From the NCBI RefSeq assembly GCF_001194135.2, contig NC_068993.1:3097428-3161427 (forward strand): DNA of 64,000 bases. The letters run 5' to 3'. Position 1 is the stretch's first letter, and the number at the start of each line of letters is the position of its first letter. A program made the translations under genes and the position numbers. The DNA is from Octopus bimaculoides. Lineage: Eukaryota. The notes below the pieces were generated by a model. That model was not told the origin of the DNA, made no database searches, and saw only the letters and a program-made list of their open reading frames with translations. Below, piece after piece: positions 48,062 to 60,339 of this stretch.

Positions 48062-50369
48062 GAAACCTGTTTTAACTTGATTCTGCTCTGACTGAAGCCT
48101 TGATTTTTCATTCGTAGCTTTTCCATAGAGCTGATTTACACAGAAGTTGAGTGAGGAACTGTGAATTAATCGTTTCTACCAGGGTCACAGCTTGTATTTT
48201 TCGTGAGAGGATATTAACCATCAATTCAGCTTCCTAAACTGTCAGAATGTAGTCAGGTGAAATGTTTTATTTTCTTTCTTCCCAAAGGTACCCCTCACTA
48301 GTCTTGTGACTACTTCCCGTTGTATATTCTGATATAAGCTTGTGTGTATAATATCAAATGACATTAACTACAGCTAGTTACAAAAGGAAATGAATAAAAG
48401 TAATATTTCAAAGAAAATATATAATATTAAAGACTCATAGAGAAATGAAGAATTCTATGTAGAAGTAGTTTTGTTCTTATCTTTTATTTATTTGTCTAAC
48501 CTTTCCCATTAGAAATATATATTTCTCAGTAAAGTCTGGGTGTTGAGTTAGTATTTTTATTACACCCTCACAAAGAATGGTATTTGAAGCTGAGGGAATC
48601 AGTTAGCTTTTCCTCATGAAAAAGGAAATCCCATAGAATGTAGGAAAAAAAAAAAATGCAACAAAAAAAAAATTCATTATTTTTTTTCTTTTCTCTTGAA
48701 GGCCAACATCTAAAGCCACTCAACGTCAATTCAGATCTTCGCTATTCATGTTGTGCAGAATCAAAGATTTTTTTTCTCAATAGTCCACCATTTTACTGTT
48801 ATTGATGCTTCACACTTGGTGAAATAAAATAATTTAAAAAGGAACTAGAATAATGCAACCATTAGAACTGAACTCTTTGGGTGGGAATGTGATTGATAAT
48901 AAAGAACACAAAAAAATGTAATAAAATAAAAATAAAAAAAAAAGAGCAAACCAAAAATTAAAACAAAAAAAATTTAAAAAAGCAGAAAAAAAAGTAAAAC
49001 AAGTAGCTTTGGTAAGTGAAGCAAAATCTTTCTTGAGCTACATACTTTAAAGTAAACTGAGAAAAGAAAGTGTGATAAATGAAATATATGAAGAAAATTG
49101 TGAGAACTAAAACATTCTTAATACGATAAAATAAAATGCATAAGTCCATTCTAAATCTTTTAAAATCTTCTCCAATCTCTTCCATCTCTTTGAAATTTAT
49201 CCATTAGGCTTCTCTCTTAAGTATTATACCATGGAGGTGATAATCCTTCTACCATGGTACTTCATTTTCTAAAAGCAGCCACCATGTCAGTTAAAAAGTA
49301 AACTCGTGTTGTTGCCACTATTCTATCATTTACTCACTATCTTTCGTATTATTATTATTATTATTATTTAATTTTTTTTCCTCGTTAATTTAATTCTGAG
49401 CTTATTGATTGACGATACATCTGTGATTGAAGTATGTCAAAGAGAGGTGAATAGTAGTCGTGAGTAGTTGTACATCAAGGGTTAAGATTTTTAGAAGTTA
49501 ATCCTTTTATTATTTTTATTGGTCCTCAAAGAGTGTATATTCAGCATTCAAGTGATGCATTCTCAAAAATATTGGTTACAATAGAATAGTTGAAAATTTT
49601 TCAAAAGGTCATTTATTCTCCCCCCCCCATTGTCTTCCAAATCAACAAGTTGGTAAATATATAAGAAAAAAAAAAGCAATAAATATATCCGATGCTTAAA
49701 GAATCAGAAGTTTCTAAGGGGGACAGGTGTGGGGGATATTTTCACAATTCTGAACACTTAATAATGGGCATAAAAATGGAAATAAAGTGTTCAATTCTGA
49801 TCACCGTATTGTTATATGTTGATAGGAAATAGTAAATGAAGACTTTCAGAACAATGGATACATGACCTTTCAATATAAAGTTCCTTTAATAAAATTTCAC
49901 TGAAATTTCAATGTTTGTTTTCAAAAATGATAAATACAGGAGTGTGACACTTGAAAACTTTTACCAATAAGAACAATGGTTTCTCTGGCAATGAGAGAAG
50001 GGGAAAAAACATTAAAAAGGAAAATTGTAAGATTGAATAAAAGATAGAATTATTTTAGGAATAAATTAATTCTGAATAAGGACAATTCTTAAAACAGAAA
50101 CACCTTTAATAAAACCATGATTGCTTACAGAGGCACAAAACAGTTTTCTTTTATTTTTTCAAGAGAAAGAACTAACTCCAACTGAATGGAAATACATGTA
50201 TTATCGTTCTGGTACTAAAGAGTCTTTTTAATATAGGATTGGACACATGGAAGAATTTTGCTGGGGGATGAATTAAACCAATACTAACTGTATGGTGGTA
50301 TATTACTAGTTCCAATTTTGATCAAGTTTTGTAATGATGGAATACCACCATCATCCCCTCACCATCATT

Positions 50370-50605
50370 TCAGCATCCACTTTTCGATGCTTGCTTGTGT
50401 TGGATGGAGTTTATTGAAACAGATATTTTACAGCTTGATGCCTTTCCTGTCTCTAAGCTTCATCTGCTTCTGAGTGAGATAATGTTTTTCCATGGCTGGA
50501 CATGGTTATATAGAAATGAAAAACACTGCTTCTATGACACTCCTATGACACTGATAATTGACACTCGTTTACAACTATCACATGATGTCAAGACAAGATC
50601 ACACA
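50370..50605 (-). mobile_element. Family E retroposon end
   Basis: CATCCACTTTTCGATGCTTGCTTGTGTTGGATGGAGTTTATTGAAACAG...CATGGCTGGACATG, homologous to 34945-35140. Confidence 0.65.
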
Positions 50606-50768
50606 CACATGTAAAGATGAACTTCTTTCAGTTGCCATCTACCAAGACTTTTGGTCAGCACAGAGCTTTAGTAGACGATACATGTCCAAGATGTCACACA
50701 GTGGGACTGAAGCTGAAAATATTTGGTTGTGGAGCAAACTTTTTCAACTGCCCAGTTACACATGCACC
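50606..50768 (-). mobile_element. SINE family B, 5' half
   Basis: CTTCTTTCAGTTGCCATCTACCAAG...GTGGGACTGAA...GGTTGTGGAGCAAACTTT is a reverse match to the family B head. Confidence 0.65.
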
Positions 50769-51056
50769 AATCACCTCATGCCTATACAATTCACCACATA
50801 GTAACAAATGATTGAGTGGTTAATAAAGGATTAGTGGCATATTACTCATCACATGAGCCTATATATCTGTAGACAAGACTAATTCCTCTCAGTAGAACCA
50901 ATGAAGGCATCTGAGGTGGGTACCATTCTCTAGAGTAAGAAGCAAGAACATTTTAAGACAAATAAACATTTTGACAGCATGCAGAATGCAAAACAAGACG
51001 AAGCTGACTTGTCTTAGATACACAGTGTGATGATAGAATTTTCAGGAATACACCTA

Positions 51057-51472
51057 TAGCATAAGGAACCATTGAATTCACAACTATCATCCCCACAACT
51101 GTGATGATGGCATGTTCCAATTTTCCCACATTTTTTTCAAGCCTAATCGATTAATTCATATTTTAAATGGAGGAATTAAAATCACAGTCAATGAACACAG
51201 AGATAAGAAATCAAATCTACAGTTTTAATAATATTGATTTGTTATAAAAAAAATATAGATTATAAAGTAATTTTTTAAATGTAAATATTTAGTAATATTA
51301 GGATGTTTATCTATTCAGGTGTATAATTTTGTATAGAGACATAGTTTTTAAATATTGTATTCAAACTACTAAATAAATATTTGGTCTGAATAAGTTTTGT
51401 TGATTTAATTCTTTAAGCCAAATATATCCTCGAAAATAATCTCATATTTTTCCTCTTTTAATCCAATAATAC
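51057..51472 (+). repeat. 417-bp dispersed direct repeat, copy 2
   Basis: About 96% identical to 31564-31981. Confidence 0.95.
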
Positions 51473-51861
51473 ATTTGACTTGTGTGAAGAGGTGACTTAC
51501 CTTTGTGGTTAAGTTAATTTCTTTCCCTGCTGCTCATAGATCATGTGTTCAAATGGGTAAAATGTGTAGCTGATATTTTGGTGGGTTTCTTTGAAAATGT
51601 GTTCACCAGCAGACCTACTGACAAGTTCAGTGCTCTTCAGATATATTGGATCTACAGTTCTGAAGTTGATTTACTGAACATCAGTAAGATTTTCGCATTA
51701 TTCTAACTATTACCTAAACATTTTAAGTAAATACATGGCATAAATTACAAGTTCCTGCAATGTACTCAATCTCAGCAACAAAACAATGTATATATATATA
51801 TATATATATATAAAGCTATGGACACATAAGAGGTGCAGCAACATCAAAGGCAGGTTAACTA

Positions 51862-52852
51862 NNNNNNNNNNNNNNNNNNNNNNNNNNNNNNNNNNNNNNN
51901 NNNNNNNNNNNNNNNNNNNNNNNNNNNNNNNNNNNNNNNNNNNNNNNNNNNNNNNNNNNNNNNNNNNNNNNNNNNNNNNNNNNNNNNNNNNNNNNNNNNN
52001 NNNNNNNNNNNNNNNNNNNNNNNNNNNNNNNNNNNNNNNNNNNNNNNNNNNNNNNNNNNNNNNNNNNNNNNNNNNNNNNNNNNNNNNNNNNNNNNNNNNN
52101 NNNNNNNNNNNNNNNNNNNNNNNNNNNNNNNNNNNNNNNNNNNNNNNNNNNNNNNNNNNNNNNNNNNNNNNNNNNNNNNNNNNNNNNNNNNNNNNNNNNN
52201 NNNNNNNNNNNNNNNNNNNNNNNNNNNNNNNNNNNNNNNNNNNNNNNNNNNNNNNNNNNNNNNNNNNNNNNNNNNNNNNNNNNNNNNNNNNNNNNNNNNN
52301 NNNNNNNNNNNNNNNNNNNNNNNNNNNNNNNNNNNNNNNNNNNNNNNNNNNNNNNNNNNNNNNNNNNNNNNNNNNNNNNNNNNNNNNNNNNNNNNNNNNN
52401 NNNNNNNNNNNNNNNNNNNNNNNNNNNNNNNNNNNNNNNNNNNNNNNNNNNNNNNNNNNNNNNNNNNNNNNNNNNNNNNNNNNNNNNNNNNNNNNNNNNN
52501 NNNNNNNNNNNNNNNNNNNNNNNNNNNNNNNNNNNNNNNNNNNNNNNNNNNNNNNNNNNNNNNNNNNNNNNNNNNNNNNNNNNNNNNNNNNNNNNNNNNN
52601 NNNNNNNNNNNNNNNNNNNNNNNNNNNNNNNNNNNNNNNNNNNNNNNNNNNNNNNNNNNNNNNNNNNNNNNNNNNNNNNNNNNNNNNNNNNNNNNNNNNN
52701 NNNNNNNNNNNNNNNNNNNNNNNNNNNNNNNNNNNNNNNNNNNNNNNNNNNNNNNNNNNNNNNNNNNNNNNNNNNNNNNNNNNNNNNNNNNNNNNNNNNN
52801 NNNNNNNNNNNNNNNNNNNNNNNNNNNNNNNNNNNNNNNNNNNNNNNNNNNN
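51862..52852. other. Assembly gap (N)
   Basis: N run, followed by a family C tail ATGGAAAGCGGACGTTAAACGATGATG at 52853-52894. Confidence 1.
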
Positions 52853-53059
52853 ATGGAAAGCGGACGTTAAACGATGATGATGATGATGATGATGTATGAA
52901 ACAAACACTTCTACGCACATAAGACTTATCACAAAAACATACAAGGAAATGAGTATCTTTACATACAACATATTTACTGAAGTGTAAGGCCTGGACATCC
53001 TTCAAAATTTAGAGGATAATGTGGACCACTTCATCACATGCTCTCCATCCCCCATATAT

Positions 53060-53560
53060 CACCCACAGTATTAAGGTTAGCTGTTCTTATTTAGACAACA
53101 TTACTTCAAATATCACACAATATATAGACATAGACACATACCTACACAACCTCCAGTTCGTTGCCCAACATGTAACCATTGAAATCCTACCAGTTGCCCA
53201 CTGATGGGATCCTGTTTTTCAAAGACTGTAGTCTATAAGAACTGTAGTCATCTGATCACATCACAAGGCCCTATATGGGTATGACAGTCAATGATTTTAA
53301 ATTAAAGTGCACACAGCATATACACTCCTTCCGGTGCTGGGCTAGGGAAAGCTCCACCCCTGTGTCTCTCTTCTTATGAAGACTTTGTGACCATCAGAAC
53401 AACTTCCTCAACATCAACTGATGTATCATTCATAGCTCTCTCACCTTGTAGTTTCTAACTCTGTCTCTGCTAGAGAATGCACATAGAGCACCAACCTGCA
53501 TTACTAATCAGCAGGAAGAATAAACAATCTTATTGTTGTCACCAGAGATGTGCCCTGTTA
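53060..53560 (+). pseudogene. Penelope-like element GIY-YIG endonuclease remnant
   Basis: Across frameshifts: HSIKVSCSYLDNITSNI / TCNH*NPTSCPLMGSCFSKTVVYK / YMGMTVNDFKLKCTQHIHSFR...ESSTPVSLFL*RL. This follows the Penelope pattern IK.SYSC..N / CNCR...CPL.G.CL...VVY.A / YIG.T...FK.R...H..SF / ST.LS..IW.L. Confidence 0.8.
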
Positions 53561-54849
53561 ATGAACTTAAAGCCATTGGCAGTCGACAATCCATATATAC
53601 CACCCTACAACTGGCTACCCTATCCACAAGAGCCGGGTACTTAATCCCTGCTGTCTGCATAGACTTCAACTCCATAGTTATGAATCATCCAACATCAGTT
53701 TGAAGGTAAAGACTACTTCTGCTAATGCGTTGACACTCCACTGAATGGTGACTGAGCAACAAACCTGTGATACCATCTCATTCAGCCATGTGTGGTGTCA
53801 AATACAGAACCATTTGACTTTCACAGTGATGCAAAATACGTTTAGGTCATGCTGGAGCACCCCCTATGATGTGAATCCAAGTGTAACCAATCTCTGACAT
53901 TTTTGTAGTAGAAAGGCTAACAGTCTGTTGATGGGAACTATCTGCAATAATAAAAAACTCCTCCTCTTCCTCATCATCATCTTAATCATCATTTTTATTG
54001 TTATCAACATTTTAATACATCTCTCCATCTTTCTCTTTTCTTTCTTCTTCTTTCTCTCTCTCACACACTTCATTTTTCTTTCTTCCTCTCTCTGTGTCTT
54101 TCTCCTACCCCCTACCTCTCTTCAAATGTGCTGAGCCAATTGTACCACACGTAATATTCACTCTTGTCTAAATCCTTTCCCTGTCTCCTCTGCAAAAGGC
54201 CAACAAGAATCTTAGAAGATCTGACCTCTTCCACATTCTTCACAAAAAAAAAAAAAGAAAACACAAATAGACAAATAAATAAATGAATCGATAAATAAAT
54301 AGAAAAATAAATAGAAATCCATCAATGAAGAGAGAATCAAAGAATTGAAGCCAATATCCTTCGAATTCAACTCTAACAAACGGTATGCATTACATTTCTT
54401 AATGGTAATCCTAGTGAAAATAACCAGCAAATAGGTATGGCTTTTGTTGGTATCAAGCAGGATTTAACATGAAATTATTGCTTCATCCTACAACACAATT
54501 AGCATATATTTGTCTGGTGGCAAACATTGCTGTGAGCGACAGGCTGCATCACATAATACAAGGCTATGGGCGGAGGTTTGGCCGGTGGGAGTTGTAACTG
54601 TTGTTGGCAGTGTGCAGAGAAACTATGGATGGGGTGGGTGGGTAGGAGGAGGATGGGAGATTGGGGACGGAGGTAGGGAAGGAACTTAATCAAAGTAAAA
54701 CATCCCAGTTTGTTTAAACAGGAAAGGAAAAATAAAAAATAAAAATAACCGTTGGGGCTTGAGCAATTATTTCTGGATACTTGTGTTCAGCAACACTTTT
54801 GTGAAAATATTGGCGCTAAATTTTGGATAAAAATGAATTAATGGAATGG

Positions 54850-54881
54850 GTAAACAGATGGTAGCAATAGTAGCAGCCGTG

Positions 54882-54935
<54 letters not shown>

Positions 54936-55430
54936 ATGGTGGCAGTAGCAGTGGCAGTGATGATAGTGGTCATTGTGTTGGTGGTGGTGGTAGCTGTGGT
55001 GGTGGTGGTGGTGGTAGCTGTGGTGGTGGTGGTGGTGGTAGTGTTGGTAGTAGTGATGGTGATGGTGGCAATTGGCTTGGTGAATATGATGTTAATAGTG
55101 ATGATGGTGCTCACAGTAGTATTGGCACTGGAGGTAATGGTTGTGGTGGTTTTTGGTAGAGGCATCTAGATGGTGAACATGAGGATGGTTAGTGGTGGTG
55201 ATGGTGGTGGTTGTGGTAAGAGTTAGGATGATAAAGGTGGTGGTGGTGGTGGCAACTGCATAGTGAAGCTGACAGTTGTGTTGGTGATGGTGCTTATGTC
55301 TATGGTTGTAGTGGCTGTAGTTGAAATGGTGATGGTAGTGGGTGTGGTGGTGAGGATCCGAGTTGTGCATTGGTGATAGTGGGATGTTGGTTACAATGGT
55401 GGGGATGATGACAGAAAGGTAAATGGAGAG
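54850..55430. repeat. (GTA)n/(GTG)n/(GAT)n trinucleotide low-complexity tract
   Basis: Read directly; the source of the poly-V, poly-T and poly-H ORFs. Confidence 0.9.
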
Positions 55431-55984
55431 AGGGAAATGGACAGAAAGAGACACAGGGATATGCAGAATGATGAACCAAGAGTGAGAGAGAGAGGACAGA
55501 GAAACAGAATAAAAATCATTCAAAGATACGAGTTTGTCCAGTCTTTCCCTAATAATAGAAAACAAGGTAATTTATCCAAGTTAGTTTGTTCGTTAAGCCT
55601 AATTGTTCTTGTATCTTCTCTTTGTTTTGTGAAATAAATTACTCTTAATGTAGAAGAAAACAAACAAGAAATAAAAAAAGATTTAATGTGGGGAATACAG
55701 AAAACATGAACATATTAAGAATGAGAAATATACACACACACACACAAAATTACACAGAGAAGTAGATTCACATGTATGTACATGTTTACATGCATAAATA
55801 CATACATACAAACATACACACACACACACACACACACACATGCACTATATATTTATCTATAGATAAATACATAGTGCATATGTGTATGTGTGTATCTGTC
55901 CATCTTCCTGCCTGTCTGTCTGTCTATTTATCTGTCTCTCACTTGCTATATCTACACACACACACACACATACACTTATACAGC

Positions 55985-56075
55985 ATCTTGAACAAGTGTC
56001 TTCTAGTGAAGCCCTGGGCTGAGCAAAGCATTGCAAGTGGATTCAGTAGATGGAAACTGAAAGAAGCTTGTTGTG
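55985..56075 (+). mobile_element. SINE family B fragment
   Basis: CATCTTGAACAAGTGTCTTCTAG...GTAGATGGAAACTGAAAGAAGC. Confidence 0.65.
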
Positions 56076-56197
56076 TAAATACATGTGTGTGCATGCATGC
56101 ATGTGCACATGTGTGCACTTACATGCATATGTCTGCACATTTTCATATCTTCCCTTTTGCTGGATGTTTGCATGATAATTGAAAATAGGTATTTATA

Positions 56198-56245
<48 letters not shown>

Positions 56246-56825
56246 TGCAAATATATGTATAGGTATATGTATATATGTGTATATATATATATATGTGTAT
56301 ATATATATATATATAAATATACATAGATAATATGCATGTGTGTGAGTGTGTTAGTATATAAGTATAAACAAATATATATGTCTAAAGATGCAGATATGTA
56401 AAAATTTCATTTTGTTTATTTTGTTTACACACACACACAAGTGTGGTGTGTGTGATATTGTGTGCATGCATGTGTGTGTGTGTTAATATGTAAGCCATCA
56501 AAATACAGAATTTATGAGTTCTTTTCCTACTTGAAATAGTTAACCTTTTAGAATTGACAAACATGATATTTTTGACAATCAAAGAATATAGTGATTGATG
56601 TAATGTAAAATATTCCAGGCACATATCTTTGTTACTATTTTAAATCGAAGGTGAGACATTTTGGCAAAACCCCATGCTACAATAATTTAGATTCATTCGA
56701 GAAATATCGAACATTTTTTTGTAAACATTCCATTGATATTCTAAACTGCTGCTGAACACCAATGACCAAAATGTAAACAAACTGAGATATAATCAGCTGT
56801 CTGGTTTCAATTCTTGGAGAAGGTT

Positions 56826-57221
56826 ATGTGCAGGCAAGGCTGCGTGATAAGAAGTTTGCTTCCCAACCACATGGTTCTAGGTTCAGTCTTACTACATTCC
56901 AGCTTGGGGAAGTGTCCTCTACTACCGTGTTGGGCTTTTCAAAGCTTTGCGAGTTGGCTTGGTAGATGGGAACAAAAAGAATCTTGTCATGTGTATATAT
57001 GTGTATGTGTGGTGTGCTTTCGTGCCCCACCACTGCTCGACAGCCAGTGTTGGTTTGTTTACATCCCCATAACTTAGCAGTTTGGCAAAAGTGACCAATA
57101 GAATAAATACCAGAATTAAAAAAAAAATAAGCACTGGGCCTTATTCATTCATCTAAAAGAAATTCATCAAGGTCGTGCCCCAGCATGGCCACCATCTAAT
57201 GACAGAAACAAGTAAAATAAA
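56826..57221 (+). mobile_element. SINE family B (CORE-like), full length
   Basis: Head GATAAGAAGTTTGCTTCCCAACCACATGGTTCTAGGTTCAGTC, core CTTGGGGAAGTGTCCTCTAC and tail GCCCCAGCATGGCCACCATCTAATGACAGAAACAAGTAAAA. Matches 20550-21048 in reverse. Confidence 0.85.
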
Positions 57222-57305
57222 GCATCAATTCCTGCTCCTTATGAGAATTCTCACTTTGGTGTTTATGTAGATTATCAATATTTTAACAACTTTATGGTAG
57301 ATCCT

Positions 57306-57545
57306 GAGGTACAGCTGTAAACAACAGGGTACAGCTGTAAACAACAGGGTACAGGTGTCAATACTGAGGTGCAAGAGAAAATAATGTGCTGCAGGTGTAA
57401 ACGTTGATGTGCAGGTATTGACATTGAGTTGCAGGTGAAAATACTAAGTTAATGTTGTAAATAGTGAGGTACATCATGCAAACATTTATGGACATGTGTA
57501 AGCAGTGAAGCAGAGGTGTAAATAATGGTGCCACAGGTGTAAAAT
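57306..57545. repeat. 20-bp minisatellite, about 12 units with a divergence gradient
   Basis: ACAGCTGTAAACAACAGGGT x2 exact at 57311 and 57331, followed by progressively degraded in-register units (ACAGGTGTCAATACTGAGGT, GCAGGTGTAAACGTTGATGT, etc.). Confidence 0.85.
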
Positions 57546-57607
57546 ATCAGCTATCATGATGCATACGAGTACCACAAGTCCTTATGAAAGGTCCTCTTAA
57601 GGTAAAT

Positions 57608-57902
57608 AATGCAGTATTTTGACTTCTAACACAACATCCACATTAAGTTGGATATAATGATTGCTTTTTAGTATTAATACTGCTCCTGTTGCTAATAATT
57701 AATTTTTAATAAGCCCACAAACTATTTGTGACATCAGTGCCTGAATTAGCACTGAGATTCGATATATCATAGAGAGGAGGGTATGGATGTGTGTTTCTCA
57801 AGTTTACATAGAATGCAGCATTCTATGTTTTCTAACACACCCACATTAAGTTGGCGATAAAGATTGCCTTTTGGTACTATTACTGTTTCTGTGGGTAATA
57901 AT

Positions 57903-57904
<2 letters not shown>
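57608..57904. repeat. Pair of ~95-bp imperfect direct repeats (57608-57701 and 57812-57904)
   Basis: Shared TTCTAACAC...CCACATTAAGTTGG...GATTGC.TTTT.GTA.TA.TACTG...TAATAATT. Confidence 0.8.
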
Positions 57905-57942
<38 letters not shown>

Positions 57943-59104
57943 GGAGAGGAAGGGGTTAATATATATCTAAATCCTATACTTCACATTCACCACTAAATAC
58001 TAAAACACACCAAACTAACACTACTCAAATTACTTTATTCTATTTTATTAATTTATTTATATATTTATTTATTTTCCAAACTATTGTTTCGGGGGAAGAA
58101 AGGAAAAAAAAAAGGTTGATGTAAAATCAATATTCTCTAACAGCTAATTAATGCTTCGTTATGTTAGTGTTTGTGTCTTCTTTGACTTCCTACCATAGCG
58201 AAGTGATCAATTTATCTTTACAGAAAAATAAAATAACACAAAATCTACAGCCAAACAATTCTTTGCAGTCTCCTGTATTTATTTTGACTGTTGCATTTAC
58301 ACTTGGCTCTGTAATAGAATTATTCCAGCCTAGTTCCAATGTTGTTGTTTTTTTATTTGCACTTGAATCTAAGAATAACATTATAGATCATGTGATCTAG
58401 TGGACAGGAGTAATAGAACAATAGATATAAGTGTTACTACAGTGGTAAATGTAGAAGTTTATCTAGTTCAATCCTTATGCTTATAATATATATATATATA
58501 TATATATTCATAAATTGTGTGCATACGTGCGTATATGTAAGTATTCGTATGTTGTATATATATATAAATATATATATATATATTTTTTTGTGTTTATGTA
58601 CTATTTTGTGTATATTCCACTGATGATGTAAAGCCAGAAATCTTGGATCTGGAATTATCCAATAATTTTTTGTTAGTTTATTTTGTCTCTTCTCTAAAAT
58701 CTTTTTAGTTGGAGTTATGAACTCTTTTTCAACAGGAAGTTTATGTCTGTTCAGACATAAAAGATTTGTCTCCCCTTACACACACTTCCTGTTTTGACAC
58801 CACACTTCCTGCTTAACACAAACTTTTAGCTCCTCTTTTAAACCTAACACAACTCTCAATTCTCATGCATCCTTATTTTTCCAACCATTATATACAGGAA
58901 TTACCATTGAACTTCAAAAGCTCAAAGACAATATAAGGTATTGGTATCTTTATTTTTTTATATATTATTTTCTTCATTTTGTACTTCTTTGTAAAAAACA
59001 TTTTCATTCTCCCTCTTCTTGAAAATTTGCTTCGCAATGAAAGCCGGTTCGAAATCCTTATTAAAATATGCTTCCAGTTTAGCATTCTGCCTTATTTTTC
59101 ATTT

Positions 59105-59147
<43 letters not shown>

Positions 59148-59838
59148 GTATGTATGACCACTTAACTCAGACGCTTCTTTCTCTCAACTGTTTTCTGCCT
59201 CCATCCTTTGTTCAAAATATTATATTATTATTTGCAAATGAGCAGAGGCATATACTCCATAAAGGAGTCACCACTTGCGAAATGAACATCTGGAAAATAT
59301 CTTTATAAGACTAAAATTCTCTGAAGATAAAATACAGGTAACTATGTCATTGAACGGCTGTACACCTGTAGTGTTAGTCTGGCTTCAGGTTTATATTGAA
59401 TATCACTTCTACATATACTCCACTCCTACACACAGACATATGTCTATACATACATATGTATATGTACATATATATGTGTGTGTGTATGTATACATATGTA
59501 CGGATGCATGTGTGTATGTATATGCATATATATCTATTTTGTGATTTACTACTATTGATAATATCCGGAATATTTTTTAAATAGATGGAGAAACTCTCTT
59601 CAGGAAGTTTTTTTTTTTTGTGTTTCAATCTTTTTTTTTATAGTTTTCCAATCATATTTTATTGATAGTTTTTGGTGATTAGGCTCCAAGGAAATCTTGA
59701 TAAGATTTTGGTGAAGGAAACCAACAAGCAGAAAAGGAAATTGAAAGGAATCAGGCATTTTGTCAGGATCAGAGTATGTATTTATATGTGTGCATGGGCA
59801 GAGGGGCATGTGTTTGTGTTTGTGTGTGTATATATGTA

Positions 59839-59876
<38 letters not shown>

Positions 59877-60339
59877 TAAATAATATTTATATATGCATGC
59901 ATGTATGTATTTACATATGTATGGGTACTTGTGTGTATGTGTATTTATGTGTGTGTATATATATGTGTGTGTGTGTATATATATATATAGGAGAAGAAAA
60001 TGGATATAATAACAATGGGAAACTTGTGGTTTTCGCTGGTATGTCTTTAATTAAATAGATAACAAAGGAGCTAACTCATACCAAATATTGAGTGGTTCAA
60101 GAATGTGTTATGGCTAATAATTGTCTCATTGCTAGACATTAGGAAGTTCTTAGTGCTAGGTGGGGCCCTATGTATTTGCAAAGTGTATTTTGGAATGTTT
60201 GGGGCGAGTGGGTTTGTGTGGTGACTATTCATGTGTTTAATGTGTTCCTAATTAATTAGACTTATATAGATGAGTATTCTAGTTTGGGATTATGAAGAGG
60301 AGCGGCTATTCTACCGGTATTTCGAAAATACGTAAAGGA

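Noticed and set aside
57306-57545. Regularly spaced repeats as a CRISPR-like array (also 32471-32670 and 40196-40450)
   Set aside because: These are tandem units without unique spacers, there are no cas genes, and the context is eukaryotic.
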